A stretch of 64,000 nt of DNA, taken from NCBI GenBank assembly GCA_021814165.1, contig JAKAIX010000001.1, positions 216,369 through 280,368 of the forward strand, in the 5' to 3' direction. Source of the DNA: a bacterium. Its GTDB lineage: Bacteria; Patescibacteriota; Minisyncoccia; UBA6257; GWB1-50-10. The notes below the pieces were generated by a model that was given only the letters and a program-made list of their open reading frames with translations, searched no databases and had not been told where the DNA came from. Shown here in pieces: positions 19,446 through 29,459 of the stretch (the first letter of the stretch is position 1; the number at the start of each line of letters is the position of its first letter). Made by a program: the position numbers and the translations under genes.

Positions 19446-20408
19446 TTACACCTTCATGACATTCTTTTCCACAATGTCAGCGACTTCTTCCGCGTTCTTC
19501 GCTTCCATGAGTTTTATTCTCAATTCCTTCGCTCCGCGGAATCCGTTCACGTACGCCTTGTAGTGTTTCTTCATAACATCAAACGACTTTATACCTTTGA
19601 AAAATTTCTCGAAGAGAAATGTGTGTTCAACCATCACGCGAAGTTTTTCTTCCTTGGACGGAGACAAACCGGCAAACAACCACGGATTTCCGAAAATACC
19701 TCTCCCTATCATCACTCCGTCCAGCTCGTAGCGTGCGGCTTTCTCCGCGGCATCTTCCAAGCCGGTTACGTCTCCATTTCCCACGATAAGCGTCTTCTCC
19801 GACGAAGAACCGAAACGCTTCGCGAGTTCCGCTGCGCGACCGATCGTTTCCCAGTCGGCGGGCACGAGCGACATCTCTTTTTTTGTTCTCCCGTGGATGA
19901 CGATGCACGCGGGCCCCGCTTCAAGAAGCGCCGGGATCCATGATAATTCTTCTTTCGCGTTAAATCCTATCCTGGTTTTTACCGAAACGGGAAGCGGACC
20001 CGCGCCGCGCTTTGTCTCTTCGATAATTCGTTTCGCGAGCGACGGGTTTTTAATGAGCGCGGCGCCGGCTCCCTGTTTCACCACGTTCTTTTCAGGACAT
20101 CCCATATTAATATCGACTCCGTCAAATCCCAGTTCCCGCGCGAGAAGCGCACACGAATAAAAATGTTCCGGCGTTGCGCCGAAAAACTGTGCGACGATCG
20201 GGCGTTCCGATTCGTCGAATCGGAGATTATGAAGCAGTGCTTTTTTCCCCTCGGAACACAAACCGTCCGCGGAGACGAACTCGGTCCACATCACGTCCGG
20301 TTTCCCGTACTTCGCGATAATAAAACGGAAGGCGGCATCCGTAACGTCCGCCATGGGAGCTAATGCGAATATCGGCTTCTTCAGTTGTTCCCAGAAGCCG
20401 TAGGTCAC
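19446..20408 (-). CDS. dus: tRNA-dihydrouridine synthase
   Basis: LAPMADVTD, DINMGCP, VSVKTRIG, HGRT, GNGDV, VMIGRG. Confidence 0.94.
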   Translation of the reverse strand: MTYGFWEQLKKPIFALAPMADVTDAAFRFIIAKYGKPDVMWTEFVSADGLCSEGKKALLHNLRFDESERPIVAQFFGATPEHFYSCALLARELGFDGVDINMGCPEKNVVKQGAGAALIKNPSLAKRIIEETKRGAGPLPVSVKTRIGFNAKEELSWIPALLEAGPACIVIHGRTKKEMSLVPADWETIGRAAELAKRFGSSSEKTLIVGNGDVTGLEDAAEKAARYELDGVMIGRGIFGNPWLFAGLSPSKEEKLRVMVEHTFLFEKFFKGIKSFDVMKKHYKAYVNGFRGAKELRIKLMEAKNAEEVADIVEKNVMKV

Positions 20409-20409
20409 G

Positions 20410-21315
20410 TCACGCGTTCAGGTAATGCCGCGTGGCTACCACGCTTGATACGATACCCAATACGACACCGAAGAGTATTTGGTAAAGAAGGAGCGATATG
20501 AAATTGGCGTTGAAATACCCTCCCAAATCCACTTCAGGTACGAAATTCGCGACATGAGGCGATATAAAACCGATAAGCGGAATGAATATGAGAAACGCTA
20601 CGATCGCGGCGATCGCGCCGTAGAGAATCCCTTCGATGACGTACGGGCCGCGGATGAAGTTATTGGATGCGCCTACGAGCCGCATTACGCCTATCTGCTC
20701 CCTGTTCGAGAAAATGGCGAGTCGAATGGTATTAAACGTCACCATAACGGCAAGAAACGCGAGAAAAATAGTGAGGATGAATCCGCCCCGCTGGAAGTTG
20801 TCGATCAGAGCCGTGAGACGATCGATGACCACCTGATTTTGGGCATAGGTGATTTTCTCTATGCTGTCGGTAAAGTCGGGCTTCTCCAGATAATTCGCGA
20901 TCGAATCATAGTGATGCAGGTCTTTCGCTTTCACATTTAAGGACGCGAGAAGCGGATTTGCATCCAGTTCTTCGAGCGTCTGGGTGATGGTACTTTCGTC
21001 CGCGTGACGCGCTTTGAAGTCCGCGAGCGCCTGATCCTTCGAAACATACTCGACATATTTCACTTCATCCAACCCTTCAAGCGATTTCTTCAAATTCAAG
21101 ATGGTATCTTCCGACACATTACTCTTGAAATAGACGCTGATGTCCACTTTCTCCTGGATGGCTTGCACGGCGCCCTTGCTCATTACGTTAAAAAGAATTA
21201 ACCCCTCGAACACCAGGAGCGCGAGGATCATGATGCCTATCGTCGAAACGGAAAGCCAGCCGTTTCGGAGGAAACTTTGCCATCCGTACTTCAGAATTCG
21301 AAATAAAGTGACCAT
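20410..21315 (-). CDS. ftsX: Cell division permease FtsX
   Basis: NTIRLAIFSNREQIGVMRLVGASNNFIRGPY; follows ftsE. Confidence 0.93.
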   Translation of the reverse strand: MVTLFRILKYGWQSFLRNGWLSVSTIGIMILALLVFEGLILFNVMSKGAVQAIQEKVDISVYFKSNVSEDTILNLKKSLEGLDEVKYVEYVSKDQALADFKARHADESTITQTLEELDANPLLASLNVKAKDLHHYDSIANYLEKPDFTDSIEKITYAQNQVVIDRLTALIDNFQRGGFILTIFLAFLAVMVTFNTIRLAIFSNREQIGVMRLVGASNNFIRGPYVIEGILYGAIAAIVAFLIFIPLIGFISPHVANFVPEVDLGGYFNANFISLLLYQILFGVVLGIVSSVVATRHYLNA

Positions 21316-21339
21316 ACCGTAGTTAAAAGTTTATAGTTT

Positions 21340-22026
21340 CTAGTCTATCAAAAACCTTCCGTGAGCTTCGTCCTTTATCACGCGACCGTCTTCGAGGGTA
21401 ACCACCCGTTCCCCCAAGGTATTCACAATTTCCTTGTCGTGAGTCGCGAGAATAACCGTGCTCCCCAGTTCGTTGATCTTCTTCAAAAGTTTGATGACTT
21501 CCCACGTATTGAACGGATCAAGATTCCCCGTCGGCTCGTCGGCAATCAAGACATCCGGCTGATTTATCATCGCCCGTGCGATTGCGACGCGCTGTTTCTC
21601 ACCGCCCGAGAGCTCCGCGGGAAAGTTAAACATTTTGTCCTTTAATCCTACCATATCCAGAACCTGCGGCACGAGCTCGTTGATCTCGCTCTGAAGCCGT
21701 CCTTCCACTTCCAATGCAAAGGCGACGTTCTCGAATGCCGTTTTTTTGGTGAGCAGGCGAAAGTCCTGGAAAATGACCCCTATGTGCCTCCGGAATTCCG
21801 GGAGCTCCGAAGGTTTCAGTTTATTCACTTCGTACGAACCGAAAAAAATCTGCCCCTTGGAGGGCTTTTCCTCGCCGATAAGGAGCTTCACGACGGTCGA
21901 TTTTCCCGCCCCCGATCTGCCTACGAAGGTGACAAATTCGTTCGGTTGGATCTTGAAACTCACCTTATCGAGCGCAACCGAGTTGTGATTGTAGTTTTTG
22001 GAGACGTTCTGAAAAATAATCATCAA
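21340..22026 (-). CDS. ftsE: Cell division ATP-binding protein FtsE
   Basis: [37 protein letters not shown]. Confidence 0.94.
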   Translation of the reverse strand: MMIIFQNVSKNYNHNSVALDKVSFKIQPNEFVTFVGRSGAGKSTVVKLLIGEEKPSKGQIFFGSYEVNKLKPSELPEFRRHIGVIFQDFRLLTKKTAFENVAFALEVEGRLQSEINELVPQVLDMVGLKDKMFNFPAELSGGEKQRVAIARAMINQPDVLIADEPTGNLDPFNTWEVIKLLKKINELGSTVILATHDKEIVNTLGERVVTLEDGRVIKDEAHGRFLID

Positions 22027-22105
22027 AGTTCAAAAGACACTCTTCATGTCTTTTTCTAACAATAGCACAAATGTTTTTTTCACTCAATAAAGCTAGGTGA
22101 TCACA

Positions 22106-22189
22106 TGTTGCACCGCATTCCTCCTCAGCTCGGGCGCTCCGGGCCGCTTGGCCAAGTCTTACCCTCGTTCGGAGGAACGCGGTGCAACA
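22106..22189. repeat. Dispersed hairpin element, copy 2 (opposite orientation, 19-bp terminal inverted repeat)
   Basis: Same 56-nt core as 7772-7827; outer IR TGTTGCACCGCATTCCTCC/GGAGGAACGCGGTGCAACA. Confidence 0.9.
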
Positions 22190-22197
22190 AAGCAAAG

Positions 22198-22893
22198 CTA
22201 TCTTTCATTTAGAAGATCCAAATCCCCATTCAATACTTCTTCTACTCTTGATATTTTCTTTCCCGTCCTGTGATCCTTTACCTGTTTATAAGGATGGAGC
22301 ACGTACGAACGTATTTCATGCCCCCATTCCGGTGCAACGCGCGTGCGTAGGTTTGAGACCTCTTTTTCGTGCTTCTCTTCCATTAATTTCACGAGCTTTG
22401 CCTTCAAAAGATTGATCGCTTTCTCGCGATTCGCCGCCTGCGAACGCTCGGCGCGGGACGAGACGACAATTCCTGTCGGCAGGTGCGCGACCCGCACCGC
22501 CGTCTCCACCTTGTTCACGTTCTGCCCTCCCGGACCGCCGGCTCTCGAGAACTCCACCTTAAGATCTTTTTCCGGGATCTGGACGTGCGACGCCTCAAGT
22601 GCGGGCAGCTCGGGAAATACCTCGACCAAGGCGAAGGAAGTGTGGCGGAGCTTCTTCGCATCAAACGGCGAGATACGCACCAGGCGATGCACGCCTGATT
22701 CGTCTTTAAGACGTTCATAAGCCCTTTCTCCTCTGATTTCTATCGTTGTGTCATCCACTGCGACGAGTTTCCAATTCTTAAGTTGCGCATAACGCGAATA
22801 CATCCGGATGAGCATGCTCGCCCAATCCTTCGCGTCATCGCCTCCCGCACCCGCGAGGATCGAAACTGTCGCTACATTAGGATTTGTTTGCAT
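22198..22893 (-). CDS. prfB: Peptide chain release factor 2, lacking N-terminal domain 1
   Basis: ESGVHRLVRISPF (SPF motif), GPGGQNVNKVETAVR, WGHEIRSYVLHPY; ATG at 22893 just downstream of the tRNA; prfB-ftsEX gene order. Confidence 0.88.
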   Translation of the reverse strand: MQTNPNVATVSILAGAGGDDAKDWASMLIRMYSRYAQLKNWKLVAVDDTTIEIRGERAYERLKDESGVHRLVRISPFDAKKLRHTSFALVEVFPELPALEASHVQIPEKDLKVEFSRAGGPGGQNVNKVETAVRVAHLPTGIVVSSRAERSQAANREKAINLLKAKLVKLMEEKHEKEVSNLRTRVAPEWGHEIRSYVLHPYKQVKDHRTGKKISRVEEVLNGDLDLLNER

Positions 22894-22911
22894 AAAACGA
22901 AATTCTTCTTG

Positions 22912-22984
22912 AGCCACCTCCGAGACTTGAACTCGGGACCCCATCTTTACGAAAGATGTGCTCTACCAACTGAGCTAAGGTGGC
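22912..22984 (-). tRNA. tRNA-Thr (anticodon CGT)
   Basis: Acceptor stem GCCACCT/AGGTGGC, D-arm GCTCAGTTGGTAGAGC, anticodon arm CATCT-TTCGTAA-AGATG, T-loop GTTCAAG; CCA not encoded. Confidence 0.95.
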
Positions 22985-23015
22985 ATCGTCCTACCGGTTC
23001 CTATAGTAATAAGAA

Positions 23016-23043
23016 TTGACAAAATATTCAAATAGCATAGAAT
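23016..23043 (+). promoter_or_regulatory. Sigma-70 promoter of rnpB
   Basis: TTGACA-16 nt-TAGAAT, ending 6 nt before the P1 helix. Confidence 0.7.
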
Positions 23044-23049
23044 AAACGC

Positions 23050-23529
23050 GGTAAATCAAGCGATAGCCCGCCGATGAGGCGGGAGGAAAGTCCGGACACC
23101 CGCCAATTTTGTTTCCAAGCTTGCGAGGAAGTACAAAATTGAGCGTCCTCCGAAGCTTTAGCAAAGGAGGACAACCCTTCTACGCTCTTAAAGAGCTACG
23201 AAGGGTGCTCGATTTCGTAATCTCGCCTTGCTCGAACGAAATCGGCAAAGGTAGCGGCTAACGGCCGTCGAGGGAAACCTTAGAGGTGCGAGCAGAAACG
23301 CTTCGATTCGAAAGGATCGAAGGAGCCCAATCCCAAGCTAGCTGGCTCAGCTCCGTCATAGGGATAGCAAAACGGAGATGAAACGGCTAAATCCTTACCG
23401 GGTGCAAGACCGTGCCACGTTAGATAGCGCGCAAGCGTTCGTCTTATGTGGAGTGTCGCACAGATCCTGAGAGTAATCGAAAGGACAAGACGAATTATCG
23501 CATAAACAGAATCCGGCTTACGATTTACC
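23050..23529 (+). ncRNA. rnpB: RNase P RNA, about 480 nt, with large insertion
   Basis: GAGGAAAGTCC at 23083-23093, ACAGAATCCGGCTTA at 23506-23520, P1 helix GGTAAATC/GATTTACC, internal AGAAAC and TGAAACGG motifs. Confidence 0.93.
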
Positions 23530-23533
23530 AACG

Positions 23534-23567
23534 ACCCCGTCTATTCAAATGGACGGGGTTTTATTTT
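23534..23567 (+). terminator. Intrinsic terminator after rnpB
   Basis: ACCCCGTCTATT/AATGGACGGGGT hairpin plus T-rich tail. Confidence 0.75.
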
Positions 23568-23577
23568 GACAGAACAG

Positions 23578-24168
23578 TCACCCTCCCAAAAATTTGCAAA
23601 ACGTTTTTCTATGCATGGAGGAAACTCCGTGTTTTTTTATCGCCGCGATATGACTCTTCGTGCCGTAGCCCACATGTTTCTCGAACCCGTACTCCGGGTA
23701 TTCAAAAGATGCTTTTTTCATATAACGATCCCTTCGCACCTTCGCCAGGATTGATGCCGCCTTCACCGCGTTAATTCTCCCGTCCGCTCTGATAACCGTG
23801 CGCCCGCCGTCGACATAAAGCCCTCCGTCCAAAAAAATAAGCGATCGCTTCAGGGGAATCCCTTTTTTCTCCGCGAGTTTTTTGAGTGATCGCTCTGCCG
23901 CCCGATTCGCGGCTTTCGCGATATTAATCCTGTCGATTACCGCGGGAGTTATGCTCGAAATCGCAAATATCACGCCGTCTTCTTTCAATTTCTTCGCCCA
24001 TAGTTCCCTTGATCGCGCGGTAAGTTTCTTTGAATCATCCAACTTAACCCCGTTCGGAAGCGGATGAAATTTCATTTCCCTGGGAACCGCCGCGGCGCAT
24101 ACCGTGACAGGCCCCGCCAAAGGTCCTCTTCCTACCTCGTCTATGCCAATGATGTATTTATACCTCAT
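23578..24168 (-). CDS. rnhB: Ribonuclease HII
   Basis: GIDEVGRGPLAGPV, DSKKL, AASILAKVRRD, HVGYGT. Confidence 0.95.
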   Translation of the reverse strand: MRYKYIIGIDEVGRGPLAGPVTVCAAAVPREMKFHPLPNGVKLDDSKKLTARSRELWAKKLKEDGVIFAISSITPAVIDRINIAKAANRAAERSLKKLAEKKGIPLKRSLIFLDGGLYVDGGRTVIRADGRINAVKAASILAKVRRDRYMKKASFEYPEYGFEKHVGYGTKSHIAAIKKHGVSSMHRKTFCKFLGG

Positions 24169-24366
24169 GGTCTTTCTCCCATTATAGAACTTCCCGGATG
24201 AATCGGCTCATCCGGCCGAAAACACAAACAAGAAAAAAAAGCGCCTCAAAATATGTGCATATGCATGAATTTTGAAGCCGTTCTTTATTCGCCTTTTTTT
24301 CTCTTTCTTCCATAAATAAATAAATTTGCGAACTCTTCTCTCTCCGAATACAATGAGAGGGAAAAT

Positions 24367-27300
24367 ATGCCTAAGTTCGTCCATCTGCACACACACTCCC
24401 ATTATTCGCTGCTTGACGGGCTCGCGAAAATCGACGGACTTGTGGACAGAACAAAGGAACTCGGCATGGAAGCGATTGCATTGACCGATCACGGAAACCT
24501 CTACGGTGCGGTCGAGTTCTATAAGAAAGCGAAAAAAGCGGGCATCAAGCCCATCATCGGCGTCGAGACCTACATCGCGCCGAACGGCCATCTGAATAAG
24601 CGCCCCAAGATCGACGAGCGGCGTTATCACCAAATTCTTCTAGCAAAAAACGAAACGGGGTGGAAAAATTTAATCCAGCTCGTCACCGTTTCCTACCTCG
24701 ACGGCTTCTATTATAAACCGCGCATCGACAAAACCCTTCTTGAAAAATACCACGAAGGACTTATTTGTCTCTCGGGATGTTTCTCGGGAGAGATCGGGCG
24801 GCTTCTCGCCGCGCAGAAATTCGATGAGGCGGAAGAAGTCGCGCAGTGGTATAAAAACCTCTTCGGTGACGATTACTACCTCGAGGTGCAGCCGCACACT
24901 CCCGATCTCCACGCACCGCTCCAGGCGCTTTCGAAAAAGCTCGGCATTCCGCTTGTCGCAACGCAGGACATCCACTACGTAAATCCTGACGACAAGACCG
25001 CGCACGAAATCCTTCTTGCAGTCCAGACAAACAGCAAACTCGACGATGAGGATCGTTTGAATATGAAGCGATACGACATTTCGCTCCAATCGCCGGAAGA
25101 AATGACAAAACACTTCGCGCACATCCCCGAGGCGATCGAAAACACTGTAAAAGTTGCCGAAAAATGCGACTGGGAACTCGCACTCGGTAAAACACTTCTC
25201 CCCCGCTTCCCGCTCCCCGAAGGAGAAATATCGTCATTCGGTTATCTGGAGAAATTAGTGAAAGAGAGGATTCATAAACACTACCCCGAGATTACTCAGG
25301 CAGTGAAGGACCGCGTCGCGATGGAACTCGGCGTTATCGAAAAAACCGGATTCGCGGATTACTTCCTTATCGTGCAGGATTTCGTGAACTGGGCCAAAAG
25401 TCACGGGATCGTCGTGGGACCCGGACGCGGAAGCGCGGCGGGGAGTATCATTTCTTACATCTTGGGAATCACCAACCTCGATCCCCTGAGATACGAGCTG
25501 CTCTTCGAGCGGTTTTTGAATCCCGACAGAATCCAGGCACCGGATATCGACATCGATTTCACCGATATCCGTCGGGATGAAGTCCTTGCATACGTCCGCG
25601 AGCGCTATGGAAGCGATCACGTAGCTCAAATCATTACCTTCGGAACTATGATGGCGCGGGCGGCGGTGAGAGACGCTGGACGGGCAATGGGATACCCGTA
25701 CGGCCTCTGCGATCAGATTGCGAAGCTTATTACCGGTTTGAACGTTTCCCTCAAAGATTCGATACGCACGGTCCCGGAACTTAAGGAGATGTACACAGGG
25801 AACGACGACGCGAAGAAGATACTCGACGCCGCGTTGAAACTCGAAGGTACGGCGCGCCATGCTTCGGTGCATGCGTGCGGCGTCGTGATCTCGCCGGAAC
25901 CGCTCACGAACTTCATGCCTCTCCAGCGCGCTCCGCAGGGCGAAGAGACGATCCTCACGCAGTTCGAGATGCATAGCGTTGAAGACCTCGGGCTTCTCAA
26001 GATGGACTTCCTGGGACTCAAAAACCTGACCATCATCGAAAAAACGCTCCGGCTTATAAAAGAGAATAGGAATGTCGCTATTGATATCGATTCGATCCCT
26101 CTGGATGACAAGAAAAGTTTTGAACTGTTCCAGAGCGCCGACACGACGGGCATCTTCCAGCTCGAATCGCAGGGAATGCGCCACTATTTGAAAGAACTGA
26201 AACCGACGGAACTCGAGGACATCATCGTAATGATTTCGCTTTACCGCCCGGGACCCATGGAACTTATCCCCCAATACATCAACCGCAAATTCGGACGCGA
26301 GACGGTTACTTACATTCACCCCAAACTGAAACCGATTCTCGAGGGCACCTACGGCGTTGGCATCTACCAGGAACAGATGATGCGCATCGCGCGCGATCTC
26401 GCGGGATTTACGCTCGCGGAGGCGGACACGCTCCGGAAAGCAATCGGGAAGAAAATCAAAAGCCTGCTCGACGAACAACAGGAAAGACTCATAAAGGGAA
26501 TGGTCGAACACGGCATCGACAAGAGGACCGCGGTGAAAATCTGGGATCTTTTTCCTCCGTTCGCCCGCTACGGTTTCAACCGCTCCCACGCCGCGTGTTA
26601 CGCGATGGTAAGTTATGAGACGGCGTATCTTAAAGCCAACTTCCCCGTCGAATTCATGACGAGTCTCTTGAACGTTTCGGGAACCGACATCGAACGCATC
26701 AATTTCCTCGTAAACGAAACGCGGCACCTCGGCATCCAGGTATTTCCCCCCGACGTAAATCTGAGCTTCCAGGATTTCGCAGTCGACGGAACGGACATCC
26801 GTTTCGGGCTTCTTGCCATCAAAAATCTCGGGGCGAATATCGTGAACGCAATTATCGACGAGCGGGCACAAGGCGGCCCGTACGAAAATCTCCAGAACTT
26901 CCTCTCGCGCGTACACCACCGGGATATGAACAAGAAGTCGCTCGAGAGCCTGATTAAGGCGGGAGCACTCGATTCGTTCGGCATCGAACGCGGTGAACTT
27001 CTCGCGAATATCGAGGATCTTCTGAAATTCAACCAAGCCGCGAAGAAACTCTCGGGAAGCAACCAAAACTCGCTTTTCGGCGGTGTCGCGACTTTCGGCG
27101 CGCTCCGTCTCCGTCCCGCGGAAAAAATCGACAAAGGAACGATGCTTGGGTGGGAAAAAGAACTATTGGGACTCTATCTTACGGATCACCCGATGAGGGA
27201 ACATCTGCCGAAACTGAACGGCAGGGCGAAAACCATCAAGTTCGCGCTCTCGCTTCCAAAACAGGGCGATCGGTCGCTCAAGTTCCGCCTCGCGGGCGTT

Positions 27301-27522
27301 GTGAGCGTAACGAAAAAAATTATAACGAAGAAGGGCCAGCCGATGCTCTTCGTGACGCTTGAGGACGGTGAGAATGACACGATCGAACTCCTCGTCTTCT
27401 CGGAACTTCTCGAGAAAAATCCGGAGGCATGGCAGGAAAACAAGGTAATACTGATAGACGGCTATATTTCTTGGAAGAACGGCGACACGAAGTATATTTG
27501 CGAAGAGGTTCAGGTGTTATAG
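24367..27522 (+). CDS. dnaE: DNA polymerase III alpha subunit
   Basis: PHP domain HLHTHSHYSLLDG, GPGRGSAAGS, PDIDIDF, KMDFLGL, YGFNRSHA. Confidence 0.97.
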   Translation: MPKFVHLHTHSHYSLLDGLAKIDGLVDRTKELGMEAIALTDHGNLYGAVEFYKKAKKAGIKPIIGVETYIAPNGHLNKRPKIDERRYHQILLAKNETGWKNLIQLVTVSYLDGFYYKPRIDKTLLEKYHEGLICLSGCFSGEIGRLLAAQKFDEAEEVAQWYKNLFGDDYYLEVQPHTPDLHAPLQALSKKLGIPLVATQDIHYVNPDDKTAHEILLAVQTNSKLDDEDRLNMKRYDISLQSPEEMTKHFAHIPEAIENTVKVAEKCDWELALGKTLLPRFPLPEGEISSFGYLEKLVKERIHKHYPEITQAVKDRVAMELGVIEKTGFADYFLIVQDFVNWAKSHGIVVGPGRGSAAGSIISYILGITNLDPLRYELLFERFLNPDRIQAPDIDIDFTDIRRDEVLAYVRERYGSDHVAQIITFGTMMARAAVRDAGRAMGYPYGLCDQIAKLITGLNVSLKDSIRTVPELKEMYTGNDDAKKILDAALKLEGTARHASVHACGVVISPEPLTNFMPLQRAPQGEETILTQFEMHSVEDLGLLKMDFLGLKNLTIIEKTLRLIKENRNVAIDIDSIPLDDKKSFELFQSADTTGIFQLESQGMRHYLKELKPTELEDIIVMISLYRPGPMELIPQYINRKFGRETVTYIHPKLKPILEGTYGVGIYQEQMMRIARDLAGFTLAEADTLRKAIGKKIKSLLDEQQERLIKGMVEHGIDKRTAVKIWDLFPPFARYGFNRSHAACYAMVSYETAYLKANFPVEFMTSLLNVSGTDIERINFLVNETRHLGIQVFPPDVNLSFQDFAVDGTDIRFGLLAIKNLGANIVNAIIDERAQGGPYENLQNFLSRVHHRDMNKKSLESLIKAGALDSFGIERGELLANIEDLLKFNQAAKKLSGSNQNSLFGGVATFGALRLRPAEKIDKGTMLGWEKELLGLYLTDHPMREHLPKLNGRAKTIKFALSLPKQGDRSLKFRLAGVVSVTKKIITKKGQPMLFVTLEDGENDTIELLVFSELLEKNPEAWQENKVILIDGYISWKNGDTKYICEEVQVL

Positions 27523-27556
27523 AGATTTCTTTTGTTTTATCAGTGTAGGTGATTGC

Positions 27557-27617
27557 GGAGGCCCGGCCTCCGTAACCTGCCTGCGCAGGCAGGGGAAGCC
27601 GGGCCTCCTTATTTTGA
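27557..27617. repeat. REP-like doublet GGAGGCCCGGCCTCC...GGAAGCCGGGCCTCCTTATTTT with the 18-bp palindrome nested in the spacer
   Basis: Near-identical to 29460-29509 and to the reverse complement of 56405-56452. Confidence 0.85.
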
Positions 27618-27707
27618 ACGAGTTAAAGGAACGTTCTTAGCAAGACACAGAACATATACAACGTCAATATCCTCAAAAAACGAGCACTCGTCTATAATAA
27701 ATGGACT

Positions 27708-29453
27708 ATGAAGAAACCCGATAATTTGGATAACATCCGCCACTCGTTGGCGCACCTGCTTGCCGCAGCGGTTTTGAAGAAGTTTCCGAAGGCAAAACTC
27801 GGCATCGGGCCCGTGATCGAAAACGGGTTTTATTACGATTTCAAGCTCCCCCGCCCCATTTCGGACGAAGACTTGAAAGAAATCGAGAACTCGATGCGCG
27901 AGATGATTCGCGCGAAACTTCCTTTTTCTGGAAAAAAAATAACGCCTGCCGCCGCGAAGAAAACTTTCAAGGATCAACCTTTCAAACTCGAACTCATTAA
28001 AGATCTCCAAAAGGAGAAAAAACCCTTGAGCATTTACTACACGGGTAAGGTTTTTTTTGATCTCTGCCGCGGCGGGCACGTGAAGAACGCCTCGGAAATC
28101 AACCCCGAAGCGTTCAAATTGGAAAAAATCGCGGGGGCCTACTGGAGAGGAGACGAAAAACGGCCGATGCTCACGAGAATTTATGGGCTCGCGTTTCACA
28201 CCAAGAAAGAACTCGACGATCACCTCTCGATGCTTGCGGAGGCTGCACGCCGCGATCATAAGAAACTGGGACCGGAACTCGATCTTTTCACTTTCTCCGA
28301 TCTCGTGGGAAGCGGACTCCCCCTCTGGACCCCCAAGGGAACGCTTCTTCGGAATATTCTCGATGATTTCGTATGGGAGCTTCGTAAAGCATACGGGTAT
28401 GAAAAAGTTGAGATTCCTCACATCACAAAAAAGGAACTCTACGAAGTAAGCGGCCATTGGCAGAAGTTCAGCGAAGAGCTTTTCAGGATCACGACGCGGG
28501 AAGGACATTTCTTCGCGATGAAACCGATGAACTGTCCGCACCACACGCAAATCTATAAGAGGAAAAAATGGAGTTATCGCGAACTTCCCCAACGTTATGC
28601 GAATACCACGATGTGCTACCGTGACGAGCAGACGGGAGAACTTGCGGGACTCTCCCGCGTACGCTGCATCACCCAGGACGATGCGCACGTATTCTGCCGC
28701 CTCTCGCAGGCAAAGGAAGAATTTTTGAAGATCTGGAACATTATTCATACGTTTTATGCCGCATTCGGATTTGAACTTCGCATCCGCGTCTCAATGCACG
28801 ATCCGAAGCATCCCGAAAAGTACCTGGGCGACAAGAAAAAATGGAAATTTGCGGAATCGATGCTTAAAGAAATTGTGAAAGAAAAACAAGCCGACACGTT
28901 CGAAGGAATCGGCGAAGCGGCATTTTACGGCCCGAAGCTCGATTTTATGGCGAAAGACTCGCTGGGACGCGAGTGGCAGGTTGCGACAATCCAGCTCGAT
29001 ATGAATATGCCGGAACGTTTCGATCTCTCATGCACGAATGAGGAAGGAAGGGAGGAGCGTATTGTGATGATCCACGCGGCAATCATGGGCTCGATCGAGC
29101 GTTTCCTCTCGATTATTATCGAGCACTTCGCGGGAGACTTCCCCGTATGGCTCGCGCCGGTGCAGGCGGCGATTCTCCCCGTAAGCGAAAAGTTTTCTGG
29201 GTATGCAAAAGAAGTCGAAGGAGAATTAAAAAATAACGATATACGCACCGAACTCGGCGATGCGAACGAGACGCTTGGGAAACGCATCCGCGAAGTGGAG
29301 CTCCGGAAGATTCCTTATATTCTCGTCGTAGGAGAAAAAGAAATGTCCTCAAAGACGGTAAACGTGAGAACAAGGCACAAAAAAGAAACCGAAACGATAC
29401 CGCTTGGGAGTTTTGTCGAGAGAATTACGAAAGAAACGAAAGAAAGAAGATAA
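27708..29453 (+). CDS. thrS: Threonine--tRNA ligase (no N-terminal TGS domain)
   Basis: RHSLAHL, DLCRGGH, KPMNCPHH, GEAAFYGPK, IHAAIMGSIERF. Confidence 0.97.
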   Translation: MKKPDNLDNIRHSLAHLLAAAVLKKFPKAKLGIGPVIENGFYYDFKLPRPISDEDLKEIENSMREMIRAKLPFSGKKITPAAAKKTFKDQPFKLELIKDLQKEKKPLSIYYTGKVFFDLCRGGHVKNASEINPEAFKLEKIAGAYWRGDEKRPMLTRIYGLAFHTKKELDDHLSMLAEAARRDHKKLGPELDLFTFSDLVGSGLPLWTPKGTLLRNILDDFVWELRKAYGYEKVEIPHITKKELYEVSGHWQKFSEELFRITTREGHFFAMKPMNCPHHTQIYKRKKWSYRELPQRYANTTMCYRDEQTGELAGLSRVRCITQDDAHVFCRLSQAKEEFLKIWNIIHTFYAAFGFELRIRVSMHDPKHPEKYLGDKKKWKFAESMLKEIVKEKQADTFEGIGEAAFYGPKLDFMAKDSLGREWQVATIQLDMNMPERFDLSCTNEEGREERIVMIHAAIMGSIERFLSIIIEHFAGDFPVWLAPVQAAILPVSEKFSGYAKEVEGELKNNDIRTELGDANETLGKRIREVELRKIPYILVVGEKEMSSKTVNVRTRHKKETETIPLGSFVERITKETKERR

Positions 29454-29459
29454 AACTTC

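Noticed and set aside
22894-22944. Longer prfB start given by the ORF track, or a programmed frameshift
   Set aside because: The extension reads through the tRNA-Thr gene, and no CTT-TGA frameshift site or upstream ORF is present
24225-24330. AT-rich imperfect inverted repeat centred on TGCATATGCA upstream of dnaE
   Set aside because: Weak pairing, single copy, and compatible with an ordinary divergent promoter region
25255-27066. 603-aa antisense ORF in dnaE, and similar ones in thrS, rpoC and the NRAMP gene
   Set aside because: Shadow ORFs of well-conserved genes with no recognisable motifs
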